Assembly: GCA_963849325.1 (NCBI GenBank)
Contig: CAWKHF010000004.1
Span: 479,619 to 543,618 of the forward strand
Reading direction: 5' to 3'
Origin: an uncultured Planctomycetota bacterium
GTDB lineage: Bacteria; Planctomycetota; Planctomycetia; Gemmatales; Gemmataceae
DNA length: 64,000 nucleotides
Part shown: positions 52,884-63,814 of the stretch, one piece after another
How positions within the stretch are numbered: position 1 is the stretch's first letter
How the letters are laid out: every line of letters starts with the position of its first letter
Position numbers and translations under genes: made by a program
Notes under the pieces: generated by a model
The model's database searches: none
The model's input: only the letters and a program-made list of their open reading frames with translations
Told to the model about the DNA's origin: nothing

Positions 52884-54130
52884 AGGATTGGCTCCGGAGC
52901 GGCAAGGTCGGGGCGAGGTCGAATCCGAAGGACCAAGAGGACGGACACGACGGCGGCGGCGGCAAACGCGCTAAAGATCGCGTTGAGCGGCACGTTGCGG
53001 TCCCGAAGGACGCCGAAACCCCAATCGGCCAAACCGCCGCAACTGATGCTGACGAAGTTCATGATACCGTAGCCCGTGGCCCGTAAGTGGGGCCGAATGA
53101 TCTGCGACAGGATGGGCATGTTGTTGCAGTCGAAGAACCCCCAACCGAGGCCGAACAGGATCAGAAACGCCACGGCGGCTGTGAGCGAGCCGGCGTCGCC
53201 CACGCCGAGGATGGCCGGGACGATCAGGCTCATCCCCAGGGCACTCACGAAGATTCGGCCGCGCGGGTGGCTTTGCATCCAGCGGTCGGCCAGCCAACCG
53301 CCGAGGACGGCCCCGACAATCGCCGCCACCTGCCAGTACACGGCCGCCGCGACTCCGGCCTGTCCTTGCCCGATGTCGAACCGTTGCTTGAGGATCGCCG
53401 GCATCCAATCGCGCACCACCCATCCCGCCAGGGCCGGCAGGGTGAAATACAGCACGAGCAAGAGAAAGGAATGGTTGGATAACAATTCCCCGGCGGCACG
53501 CAGCGGCGTCGTGGCCGCGCGTTTGTCGTCGTCCTTGGACCGGGGCGCGTCCCGCAGCAACAACACCAACGGCAGCGCGTAGACCATGCCGACGACACCG
53601 CAGACGACGAAGGCGGATCGCCAACCGAGGTCCGGTGCATCCGCCACATACCCGCCGAAGCCCCCGGCGATCACGCCACCGTAGATCGCCATTTGGTGCA
53701 GCCCCACCGCACGGGACCGGGTCGGCCCGAGGTGATAGTCCGTGATGAGCGCCAGGGCCGCCGGGATGTAGCACGCCTCGCTGATCCCCATGAGCGACCG
53801 CGCCCAGAGCAACTCGGGATAGGTCGTGACCTTTCCCGTCCACCACGTCACCGCCGACCACACGAAGAGACTGCCGCAGATGGTAAGGCGGCGACTGAAC
53901 CGATCCGCGAGGTAGCCGCCGAGGAGGCTACAAACCGCGTAGACCCACTTGAACTGTCCAAGCATCCGCCCCCAATTCGCCTCCGTGCCGATGCTGGAGA
54001 TGTCCGCCATCACCGAATACTTCATCGCCGCCAGCAACTGGCGGTCGAAGTAATTCAGCATGGCGACGGGCAGGAGCAGGAGGACAACCAGCCATGCCGT
54101 TCGGGAGAAAGACGGTGAGGATTTCCGCAT
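52880..54130 (-). CDS. MFS transporter, probably sialic acid uptake
   Basis: LNYFDRQ, GGYLADRFSRR, about 12 hydrophobic segments. Confidence 0.9.
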   Translation of the reverse strand: MRKSSPSFSRTAWLVVLLLLPVAMLNYFDRQLLAAMKYSVMADISSIGTEANWGRMLGQFKWVYAVCSLLGGYLADRFSRRLTICGSLFVWSAVTWWTGKVTTYPELLWARSLMGISEACYIPAALALITDYHLGPTRSRAVGLHQMAIYGGVIAGGFGGYVADAPDLGWRSAFVVCGVVGMVYALPLVLLLRDAPRSKDDDKRAATTPLRAAGELLSNHSFLLLVLYFTLPALAGWVVRDWMPAILKQRFDIGQGQAGVAAAVYWQVAAIVGAVLGGWLADRWMQSHPRGRIFVSALGMSLIVPAILGVGDAGSLTAAVAFLILFGLGWGFFDCNNMPILSQIIRPHLRATGYGIMNFVSISCGGLADWGFGVLRDRNVPLNAIFSAFAAAAVVSVLLVLRIRPRPDLAAPEPIL

Positions 54131-54137
54131 GGTCCGG

Positions 54138-55169
54138 CTACTCCTTCTTCCCCGGCGTCCGGCGCCACACGTCGGGCGACCGCACGCCGGGTCGAGCCTC
54201 ACCGCTTGGCACGATCCACGACTGGTCCCAGACAACGCAAGGAACCGTGACACGAGGAGCGGAAATCTCCCCGGCCTCGACCCACTGCTCGGCCTTCGGG
54301 TCGTAGCGGAGGACTATCTTGGTAAACCCTCGATGTTTCTCGGGAGCGATACCGGTTTGCGCGCCATCGTCGCCGCCGAGGACGTAAATGCCCGCACGGT
54401 CGGTCGGTGCCGGGGAGGGCGCCGCCACGACCGGACGCGGTACGTCGGCGATCCGCTTCCAGCCCTGGCCGGGGGCGTAGCGGTAGGCGTCCTTGAGGTA
54501 CTTGCGTTCCACCTTGCCGCTTGTGCCAATGACAAGATCAACGCCACTCACCAGCCAGAAGGCGCCCTCGAACCCGGCGGTGACGGCGAGCATTCGCCCG
54601 CCGCCGGGGCATGGCTCCATCTCAACCCACTTCGGCTCGGTTGCCGTCAGGTCCATTCGGTAGACCGTCCTGGACGTGGCCGAGGCGTCGGGATTCTCCT
54701 GGCCCCCGGCGACGTAAAGAATGTCACCGACCAGGGCCCCGCAAGCATTGGCAAGCGGCTTCGGCAGGGATGGGAGCTTGATCGTCGCCAGTTTGCCGCC
54801 CTTCCATTCCAGCCGGAAGGCGTCGGCGTAATGCCGTGTCGCATCCCTCCCGCCGACACACACGACGCTGTTGCCATGCGTCACGCTGACGCCGTACCCC
54901 AACGGTCGAGGAAGTTTGCCGGCGACTTGCCACTTCCCGTCGGGCCTTGCCAGCACGAAGACGGTGTCGTACCAGAGCTTCCGGCCTCCCTCCCACGGCT
55001 TCTTGGCGGGGAAGTTGGCACCGCCGGCGACAAGGAGCACGCCGTTGCTGACACCGGCGTAGAGACCGGCGAAGCCCTCTTTGTCGGGCAGCGGAGAGAG
55101 CTTCGTCCATTCCCCGGCGAGGGTCTCGGAGCCGGCGGCGATCCAGGCCAGCATCAAGAGCGTCTTCAT
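54138..55169 (-). CDS. Kelch-repeat NanM-like mutarotase
   Basis: Signal peptide, LLVAGGANFP..KPWEGG, repeated (V/L)xGG kelch blades. Confidence 0.8.
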   Translation of the reverse strand: MKTLLMLAWIAAGSETLAGEWTKLSPLPDKEGFAGLYAGVSNGVLLVAGGANFPAKKPWEGGRKLWYDTVFVLARPDGKWQVAGKLPRPLGYGVSVTHGNSVVCVGGRDATRHYADAFRLEWKGGKLATIKLPSLPKPLANACGALVGDILYVAGGQENPDASATSRTVYRMDLTATEPKWVEMEPCPGGGRMLAVTAGFEGAFWLVSGVDLVIGTSGKVERKYLKDAYRYAPGQGWKRIADVPRPVVAAPSPAPTDRAGIYVLGGDDGAQTGIAPEKHRGFTKIVLRYDPKAEQWVEAGEISAPRVTVPCVVWDQSWIVPSGEARPGVRSPDVWRRTPGKKE

Positions 55170-55772
55170 CGAGATCCCTCCAGCAACCGCCAGCAATACC
55201 ACAGCATCCGGGGGAGATGGAACGGTCCCTTCCACAGGTTGCCCTTCAGCCGCACCGAAATCCGGCCGTCTCGGTGGAGGTAGCCGTACCACGCGCCGAA
55301 CTCCGGGTCGGGGAAGTGACGGAAACTCCACTCGTGGACCTGGCGGTGCCAGCGAGCGTACTTGTCGTCGCCGGTCAGGGTCCAGGCGAGCAACGTGGCG
55401 AGGATGGCCTCGCAATGCGGCCACCAGAACTTCATGTCGTGCCAGTATTTTGGCCGTCGCGGGTGACGGTGAAGTACAGCTTGCCATCGGGACTGATTCC
55501 ATGCCGACGCAGGAACTCCATGCCGCAGCGGGCCGCATCGAGCCATTCGGGTTTGCGCTCCACGGTGTTGAACAGCGTGGCGAACAGCCACGCCCCGCGA
55601 CCTTGAAACCAGATCGATTTGTCGGTGTCGAGGACGGTCCCGTCGCGGTCGAGCGCGGTCAGGTAGCCGCCGTGTTCGCGGTCCAGGCCGTGCCGAAGCC
55701 AGAACGGGACCACATCGCCGAGTAGCGTGTCGCGGTAGGTTTGACCGAGTTGGCGAAGTTCGGAGAAGGTCA
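55166..55772 (-). pseudogene. N-acylglucosamine 2-epimerase (AGE family) with large internal deletion
   Basis: VVPFWL..GLDREHGGY, DKSIWFQGR joined out of frame near 55450 to MKFWWPHCE...KGPFHLPR; only about 200 codons. Confidence 0.8.
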
Positions 55773-55787
55773 CGGCTCGCCCTCCCG

Positions 55788-56953
55788 CTACGGGGCCGAA
55801 GAAACCTTCTTCGCCAGTTCGTCTAGTTCCTTGAGCGTCAGACGCACATTCAAAATGTACGGCGGCTCGTCCTTCGTCCAGTGCCCGTAAGTCGTCGTCA
55901 CGATCGTGCCGTCGGGCAGGCACAACACGCCTGGATAGGCGCAATCGCCGCTCTTGTAGTTCTTCTTGAGCCGGACGCGATATTGTCCCTCACGGCCGTT
56001 GACAATGTCCTCATAGGTGCCGACCCAGGCGACCCAATCGCCCTTCGTCTTGCTTTCGAGCGTCGTATCGCGGAACGAGACGAACAGCCGGCCGTCCGGT
56101 GCGTAAACGCCGGTGTGGCGGTCGCCGGTCAGCGAACCCGGCAGCTCGCGCGGCTTCGTCCACGTTTGGCCTTCATCGTTGGAGAAAAGGACGTGCGAAT
56201 TGCGGCGGCGGCTGTTCTCGCGCAGCAGCACCGCCAACTGCTTGCCATCCGGCGAGCGAAGGCAGCCCGGCTCGCACAGGTGAATCGCGCTGCTCCGGTA
56301 GACCGCTTCGGGAAACAACCACGTCAGGCCGCCGTCGGTCGAGAAGGTCTTGTAGAGCGTGAATTCGATCGGATTTTTGACCTGGGCCTTGGCGGTGAAA
56401 AAGCGGCCGTCGTCGTGGAACATGGCCAAATAATGGCCCGGCGTCTTCAGCTTTTCGACGAAGCCCATGACAACGATGCCGCCCCAGTCGCCGGCCGGTT
56501 TCAGCTCGCTCCAGCTTTGGCCGTCGTCCGCGCTGACGGCCAACCGCGCCGGATAAAGTCCCGACCAGACGATGAGGCGTTTCCTGCCCTGGGCGTCCAC
56601 GACGCGATGAATGGTGGGCGTTTCCTTGCTCGTCGTCCAGGATCTGGGCGTCGGCAGGCGCTCGGACCAGGTTTCGCCGCCGTCGCCGCTGCGCTTGTAG
56701 AGGATGGGTCCGCGTCCGTACCCCTTGGGGTAAACGCAGAGGATGGTCTTGCCGTCCTCCAGCAGGGCCGTGGTGGGATGACCGAGATACTGCCCCTTCT
56801 GGCGGTCCACGACGACCTGCCGTTCGCTTTGCGCGTCCAGGTCCAGCAGCGGGAGGGAGTAGCCGGGCGCCGGGCGGGACTTCGCATCCGGCTCGGCCGC
56901 GCCAGGGCGCCGGAAACTTCCAGGACCAAAATCGCCAGCCAAAACGCTCGCAT
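55788..56953 (-). CDS. Sialidase-family (Asp-box) protein; frameshift after signal peptide
   Basis: SGDGGETW, SADDGQSW, STDGGLTW, SNDEGQTW Asp boxes; LCEP, DCAYP. Confidence 0.82.
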
Positions 56954-57044
56954 CACAGCCTCCCAACGACGAAAGAAGTCCGATCCCTGTTGTACGGTCT
57001 TTGACGATCGGGGGCGATAAACCTCGAATTCCTTCGGGAGCCCC

Positions 57045-57100
57045 TTGACAATTCGCGCACACTCGATTACGATCGATCGTGTTCGAACATGATCGATTAT
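57045..57100 (+). promoter_or_regulatory. Sigma70-like promoter with overlapping palindromic operator
   Basis: TTGACA (57045) - 17 nt - TACGAT (57068); palindrome ACGATCGATCGT at 57069-57080. Confidence 0.6.
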
Positions 57101-57119
57101 AGGCGGAGGGGGCGAGAGG

Positions 57120-57824
57120 ATGCAAGACACCTTGGCGGAAAAAACTTATCAGCAGTTGCGGCGCAAGGTGCTTCGGGGGGAACTCCAACCCGGGGACCAG
57201 CTCGTCAATCGCACCCTGGCCGAGGAGATGGGCGTCAGCCTAGCTCCCGTGCGCGAGGCCATTCATCGCCTGGCCACGGAAGGGCTCGTGCAGCACGTTC
57301 CCGGGGCCGGCGCCTTCGTTCCCAAACTCACGCGCCAGGATCTGGAAGAGTTGTACGTCCTGCGTGAGGCGCTCGAAAGCTGCGCCGCGGGCGAGGCGGC
57401 CCGTCAAATCGGGGGAGCCGAGTTGGACGAGCTGGACGCCATCTGTCGCGACGCCGAGGCCATCACGGAGGAAATCCGCGGAAAAAGGAAGCAGATCGCC
57501 AGCGACGAACAATTCGACCGCTGGTTGGACAAGGAGGAGATGTTTCACGCCCTCCTCATCGAGGCGGCGCGCAATCGCATGTTGAAAAAAGCAATCGTGC
57601 GACACCGCGCCTTGACGCGCATCTTCGAGGTACAGCGACACCGCACGGCGATTTTAACGTTGGCCGTCGCCGAAGAGACGTGCCGAGGGCACGCCGAGAT
57701 GGTGGCGGCCCTGCGGAAACGAGACAGCGATCTGGTGCGGCAGCTCATGAGTGCCCACATTCGCCGAGGCCGCCAGACCGTTATGGAGTTCTTCCATCGT
57801 CTGCAACGCGAACAGGATTCGTGA
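57120..57824 (+). CDS. GntR family (FCD) transcriptional regulator
   Basis: LAEEMGVSLAPVREAIHRLATEGLV, ELYVLREALE, FHALLIEAARN. Confidence 0.93.
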   Translation: MQDTLAEKTYQQLRRKVLRGELQPGDQLVNRTLAEEMGVSLAPVREAIHRLATEGLVQHVPGAGAFVPKLTRQDLEELYVLREALESCAAGEAARQIGGAELDELDAICRDAEAITEEIRGKRKQIASDEQFDRWLDKEEMFHALLIEAARNRMLKKAIVRHRALTRIFEVQRHRTAILTLAVAEETCRGHAEMVAALRKRDSDLVRQLMSAHIRRGRQTVMEFFHRLQREQDS

Positions 57825-57912
57825 ACCGATTCCCAAAGAGGGGAGTGGGGGACGATTTCTTGCATCTATCCCGCAGTGAATTGTTCATCTTTTTTCAACG
57901 AGGAGTGGAACC

Positions 57913-58275
57913 ATGACAGCGAGGCGTGCGTTCACGCTGATCGAGCTATTGGTGGTGATCGCCATCATCGCTATCTTGATCGGGCTGTTGTTGCCCGCCG
58001 TGCAAAAGGTGCGCGAGGCCGCCGCGCGCATGAAGTGTCAAAGCAACCTCAAACAATTGGGTCTGGCGCTGCACAACTACCACGACACCAACAACGGTCT
58101 CCCGATCGGGGCCAGCGGCGACACTCAACTGTGCTGGCGCGTTTGGATTCTGCCCTACATCGAGCAGCAGAACCTTTACAACCAGTTCAATCTCGGCTTC
58201 GGTTTCTGGAACACCGCCAACAAGCTGGGGCTCGCCTTGAATCCCATCAAGACCTTTAACTGCCCCAGCCAGATT
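57913..58275 (+). pseudogene. DUF1559 / prepilin-type N-terminal protein truncated by IS
   Basis: [50 protein letters not shown]; interrupted after FNCPS. Confidence 0.92.
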
Positions 58276-59600
58276 CAGTAGTTTCCGGTTCGGGCTGAGG
58301 GAGGAGGGGTGAGGGAGACAATCGCAAGGCTCCTCCTGAGAATGACTTGTACCACCAAGGACATTCCAGGAGGGAGCCATGCGACAACGGCAGTATACAC
58401 TCACCCCCGCCCACGTCCACGCCCACGTCAGCGCCCGGATGCAACAATATCTCCGCCTGGCTGACCACGGCCCCCGCTGCCGAGCCGATACCCTGTGGGC
58501 CGTCCTCTGCTACGCCGCCAGCCGCATCATCTCTCTGGCCGCCGCCTGCGCCGCCCTCCGCGACGCGCCCTCCGACACCGCCGCCCACGACGCCCTGCTC
58601 GCCACCCTCCCTGACTACGCCGAACTGCAACGCCGCCTCAACCGCGCCCTGCAAGGCGACCTGCCCCACGCCTTACGCCGACGCCGCCAGCCCTTGGCCA
58701 TCGACTTGGTGCTCATCCCCTACCACGGCAGACCCCTGCACCACGCCAACGAGGTCTACCGCAGCCAAGCCAAGAGCGGCACCAGCCACTTCCACGCCTA
58801 CGCCACCGCCTACGTCATCCAGAAGGGCCGACGCTTCACCGTTGCCCTCACCCCGGTGGCCCGCCACGACGCCATGCCGGAGGTGCTCAAGCGGCTGCTG
58901 CGTGAGGCGGCGCGGGCCGGCATCCGCCCGCGTTATCTGCTGTTGGACCGCGGCTTTTGCAGCGTGGACGTCATCCGCTACCTGCAAAAAGCCCGCTACG
59001 CGTGGCTGATGCCGTTGGTGTTGCGGGGCCGCAAGGCCGACCACCCCAAGGGACCGTCGGGCAGCCGGGTTTTCGCCGGCCGCAAGCGTAGCGGCTGGGC
59101 CGAGTACACGATGACCAACGCCGCCAAACGCCGGGCGCGGTTCCGGGTGTGTATCAAGTGTCGCAACCGGCGGGGCGAGCGTGGACGGCATGGTCGTGAG
59201 GCGTTGGTGTATGCCTTCGGTGGGCCGTTGCGTCCGTCGTCGTATACGTGGGTGAAGGAGACGTACCGGAGTCGGTTCGCCATCGAGACGAGTTACCGTC
59301 AGATGCACCAGGCGCGGATTCGGACGTGTACGCGCGATCCGCTGCTGCGTTTGTTGTACGTGGGGGTGGCGTTGCTCTTGCGCAACGTCTGGGTGTGGTT
59401 GCATGGGCAGGTGTTGGCGCGTCGTCAGCGTGGCGGTCGGCGGATCAATCTGGGGCGTTTGAGCTTTCGCAAGATGCTGGTGTGGTTGCAACACTGGGCC
59501 GAAGCACGCTTGGGTATCCACGATGAAATCGCCACGGAACATCGGATGTATGAATGAGTTGGGGCATGGTATCATAATTCACACTCACCGGAAACTACTG
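58276..59600 (+). mobile_element. ISH3-family insertion sequence, copy A
   Basis: IRs CAGTAGTTTCCGGT / ACCGGAAACTACTG around a DDE transposase. Confidence 0.88.
58379..59557 (+). CDS. ISH3-family DDE transposase
   Basis: LAIDL..IPYHG, LLLDRGF, YRSRFAIETSYR. Confidence 0.88.
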   Translation: MRQRQYTLTPAHVHAHVSARMQQYLRLADHGPRCRADTLWAVLCYAASRIISLAAACAALRDAPSDTAAHDALLATLPDYAELQRRLNRALQGDLPHALRRRRQPLAIDLVLIPYHGRPLHHANEVYRSQAKSGTSHFHAYATAYVIQKGRRFTVALTPVARHDAMPEVLKRLLREAARAGIRPRYLLLDRGFCSVDVIRYLQKARYAWLMPLVLRGRKADHPKGPSGSRVFAGRKRSGWAEYTMTNAAKRRARFRVCIKCRNRRGERGRHGREALVYAFGGPLRPSSYTWVKETYRSRFAIETSYRQMHQARIRTCTRDPLLRLLYVGVALLLRNVWVWLHGQVLARRQRGGRRINLGRLSFRKMLVWLQHWAEARLGIHDEIATEHRMYE

Positions 59601-59692
59601 ATCCTTGATTTTGGAGAAGCATCAACTCAGGGCCGAGGCGGTCCACACGAACGGCTTGGGGTTCTGAGTTATGCTTCTCCAAAATCAAGGAT

Positions 59693-61019
59693 CAGTAGTT
59701 TCCGGTGAGTGTGAATTATGATACCATTCCCCAACTCATTCATACATCCGATGTTCCGTGGCGATTTCATCGTGGATTCCCAAGCGTGCTTCGGCCCAGT
59801 GTTGCAACCACACCAGCATCTTGCGAAAGCTCAAACGCCCCAGATTGATCCGCCGACCGCCACGCTGACGACGCGCCAACACCTGCCCATGCAACCACAC
59901 CCAGACGTTGCGCAAGAGCAACGCCACCCCCACGTACAACAAACGCAGCAGCGGATCGCGCGTACACGTCCGAATCCGCGCCTGGTGCATCTGACGGTAA
60001 CTCGTCTCGATGGCGAACCGACTCCGGTACGTCTCCTTCACCCACGTATACGACGACGGACGCAACGGCCCACCGAAGGCATACACCAACGCCTCACGAC
60101 CATGCCGTCCACGCTCGCCCCGCCGGTTGCGACACTTGATGCACACCGCGGAACCGCGCCCGACGTTTGGCTGGCGTTGGTCATGGTGTACTGCGCCCAG
60201 CCGCTCCGCTTGCGGCCGGCGAAGACTCGGCTGCCCGAAGGCCCCTTGGGGTGGTCAGCCTTGCGGCCCCGCAACACCAACGGCATCAGCCACGCGTAGC
60301 GGGCGCTTTGCAAGTAGCGGATGACGTCCACGCTGCAAAACCCCCGATCCAGCAGCAGATAACGCGGTCGGACACCGCCCTGGGCCGCTTGCCGCAACAG
60401 GCGTTGCAGCACGACGGGTAAGGCATCGTGGCGGTTCACCGTCGTCAGGGCAACCGTGAAGCGTCGTCCTTTGCGGAGGACGTAGGCGGTGGCGTAGGCG
60501 TGGAAGTGGCTGGTGCCACTCTTGGCCTGGCCGCGATAGATCTCGTCGGGTTGGTGCAAGGGTTTGCCGTGGTAAGGCAGCAGGGTGAGGTCAATGGCCA
60601 GGGGTTGGCGATGGCGACGTAAGGCGTGGGGCAGGTCGCCTTGCAGGGCGCGGTTGAGCCGGCGTTGTAATTCGGCGTAGGTGGGCAGGGTGGCCAGCAA
60701 GGCATCGTGGGCGGCGCTGTCGGAGGGAGCATCGCGCAGGGTGGCGCAGGCAGCGGCCAGGGAGATGATGCGGCTGGCGGCATAGAAGAGGACGGTCCAC
60801 AGGGTATCGGTGGTGCATTTGCGGCCGTGGTCTGGCAGGCGGAGATGCTTTTGGATGCGCCAGGCGGCGTGGGCCTGGACGTGGGCGGGGGTGAGGGTAT
60901 ACTGCCGAGGTCGCATGGCTTCCTCCTGAAATGTCCTTGGTAGCACAAGTCATTATCAGGAGGAGCCTTGCGATTGCCCTCTACACCTTTTGTCGTTCCG
61001 CCCGAACCGGAAACTACTG
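59693..61019 (-). mobile_element. ISH3-family insertion sequence, copy B (transposase 60916-59736, frameshifted near 60150-60175)
   Basis: Same IRs; 5' part diverged from copy A, 3' part nearly identical. Confidence 0.88.
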
Positions 61020-61755
61020 AGATTCTCTTTGATGGCCCTCTCCAGTTCCGCCACGCTGGGGAACACCCCACGCCGCAGCCGCTGCTCCGTGATCTGCCCA
61101 AAAAACCGCTCCACCAGATTCAGCCACGAACCGCTGGTGGGTGTGAAGTGCAGCACATAACGCGGGTGCCGCCGCAGCCAACGCTTCACTGCCGGGGTCT
61201 TGTGCGTGCTGTAGTTGTCCAGGATCAGATGAATGCTGACCCCATCCTCCTCGGGCACCGCGGCGTCCACGAGGGTCAAGAACTTCACAAACTCCTGGTG
61301 GCGATGACGGCGGAAACATTCTCCGATCACTCGTCCGGTCGCCACCTCCAAGGCGGCAAACAGCGACGTGGTGCCGTGACGCACGTAATCGTGCGTCTGT
61401 CGCTGTACTTGCCCCGGCCCCAACGGCAGCAGCGGTTGGGTGCGGTCCAACGCCTGCACCTGCGACTTCTCGTCCACGCACAGCACCACCGCCTTGTCCG
61501 GCGGGTTGAGGTAGACGCCCACGACGTCGCGGACCTTTTCGACGAAGAAGGGATCGGTGGACAACTTGAAGGTCTCGGTCAAGTGCGGTTTCAGGCCGAA
61601 AGCGTGCCAGATGCGGACGACCGCCGACTGCGACAGACCGGCCGCTTTGGCCATGCGGCGCGTGCTCCAGTGGGTGGCGTTGTCCGGCTGGGTTTCCAGG
61701 GTGCGCGTGACGACGTCCTCGACCTGAGCATCACTGACGGTACGGGGTGCGCTTC
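61020..61755 (-). pseudogene. IS630-family transposase, truncated at both ends
   Basis: THWSTRRMA, FKLSTDPFF, VDEKSQVQAL, YVRHGTTSLFAAL, ILDNYSTHK, SWLNLVERFF. Confidence 0.9.
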
Positions 61756-62556
61756 GCGGACCAGGTCGGCGTACTGGGCGAGCGCCGAGTCTCCCGCGAT
61801 GAACTTCATGACCGCAGCCAAGTCGTCCCCGGTGAACTCCTCGTCGCACGTCGCGGACAGCACCTTGAAGCTCACCTCCCCGAGCGGCCCGTCGTCCGGC
61901 ACGCGGTAGATTAGCCAGTCGACGAAAGGCATGCGCTCTTCGCGGAGTACTTGCTGCCAGGTGGTGTCGGGGTCGGGCGTCTCGGCGCGGCTCGCCAGCC
62001 AGATGTCGTGCAGACTCTCGCCGGGCAGCCACCCGGACTCAACCAGCCCCGCCAGCGCGCCGGTCCGCGTGTGGCCCTCGATGGAACGCCGTTGGCGCTC
62101 CGCCAGCGACGGCTGATCCGTGTTTTCGGGCGCCGGCGAAGCCGCCCGGCCAAGGGGACGCTGGTAGAAGAACCCGAAACTGGCCGTCCGTGCCAGGTCA
62201 CGCTCGAACCCTTTTTGATCGGCGGTGAAGAAGTTGCAGACGTTGGCCTGAATCGCGTCGATGATCGGCTCGGTCAGGGCGTACAACGTATCCAGCTCCA
62301 GGAACGGATTCCCCGCTTGCCGACGGGCGAACGCTTCCCAGACCGGATCAATCCTGTCCTCATACACAGTCGGGATCGTCATAGCAGTAAGCTCCACGTC
62401 GGTCAAACGTGCCCCTTCGGGCAGCCTCGGTCCCCCTTCGACCGCTCCCGCCAGGGGGGAAAGAAATTCTCGCCGATTTCTCCTCTCGGTCACGCCTCCC
62501 TTCGCCAGAATGCGGAAACGGATATCGACAACCGCGTCGATGGAGAGCGACTGCAC
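61755..62556 (-). pseudogene. Hypothetical gene fragment fused to the IS630 remnant
   Basis: Protein-like ORF (IDPVWEAFARRQ, FGFFYQRPLG) that degrades at the IS junction. Confidence 0.4.
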
Positions 62557-62575
62557 GGCTGGCGTTGATTATGCC

Positions 62576-62940
62576 ATGACCGAATCACGGCAACCACGGC
62601 GAGACGGTCCTGGGGATCGCGAGGCGGACGTCGCCGCCTCCGGAGCCGTCCTCCGCTATCTCACGATCCAGGAGCTTGCCACGCGCACGACCTTGTCGGT
62701 CAGCACGCTCCGGCGGCTGATCAAGAAGGGTAAGCTCATCGGCCACCAGCCCGGCGGCCCTCGCACCCGCATGGTTTTCCGCCCCGATGCCATTGAGCAG
62801 GCCACGACGGCGATGGTACAGGACACCGTCGGCGAGCCCCTCTCCCTCTCACCCCCAATCCGCGAGCGTCCCGCAGCATGGCCCGTGCCCCAAGTGGCAG
62901 CAGGCCACGTAACGCGCTCGTGTCCCTTGCCCGGGAGCAT
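62576..62940 (+). CDS. HTH excisionase-like protein (end uncertain)
   Basis: YLTIQELATRTTLSVSTLRRLIKKGKL upstream of integrase remnant. Confidence 0.65.
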
Positions 62941-62945
62941 CAAGT

Positions 62946-63814
62946 ATGCCTCGCAAACCCAAGAAAGAGCGTGTGTCCAGCCCGTTCTTCACCTGGCTGC
63001 TGGGCACCCGCAGCAACGGGTCTATTACGCGGACGGACGTGGCAACCCCCAGAAGGTGGGACGACATTCGCTGGGAACCCGCGACCGCCAGGAAGCTCTG
63101 GTGCAACTGCGACGGCTGGACCTGGTCAAGGCCACGGAGTTCGGCCTGGCCGACACTTCCGTCCTGCAAACCAACCAGGCCCAGCTGCTGACGCTGGACG
63201 AGGGGCAGCAGCGCTACCTCGCCTTCGTCTCCCGGCCTGCCGTCTAGGGAGGCGGCAGCGCCGGCACTGTCAAACGCTACCGGGCCGTGCTGGATAAGTT
63301 TGTGCCGTTCGCCAAGGATCAGGGCATCGGCTGCTGGCACCAGGTCAGCAAGGATCTGCTCCGCCGCTACGGCACGTGGCTGGAGGCCAACGATTATCAC
63401 GACAAGACGCAATACATCGAGCTGACCGTCTTGAAGCAGGTGGTCAAGTGGATGGTGGCCGAGAAACTGCTGCCCGCCACCAGCCTCCTCAGTCTGAAGT
63501 CGAAGAAGTCCGCAGGCACGAACACCTATTGCTACTCCCACGCGGAGGTCCAGGCCATCGTGCAATACTGCGGCGAGGAACCGTCTCTGCACTGGCTGGC
63601 CGACGTCGTCTTCTGCTCGATGTCGGCAGATCACGATGTTCCGGAGCAGTTGCTGATGTCGTGGTTGGGTCACCGGGATAGCGAAATGATCCGCCGCTAC
63701 TACCATCTGCGTCAGGAGGAGACCCGCCGGCAGATGGCCAAGATCCCGTTCCTGGGCAAGCCGGGAAACGAGTCGGTCCGCGGCGGCGTTGAGAAACAAC
63801 GCTCCCAGGAATAA
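62946..63814 (+). pseudogene. Tyrosine integrase remnant (frameshift, stop at 63245, internal deletion)
   Basis: RHSLGTRDRQEA arm-binding-like segment, SAM-like region, then jump to FCSMSA...[18 protein letters not shown]; first catalytic Arg box missing. Confidence 0.75.
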
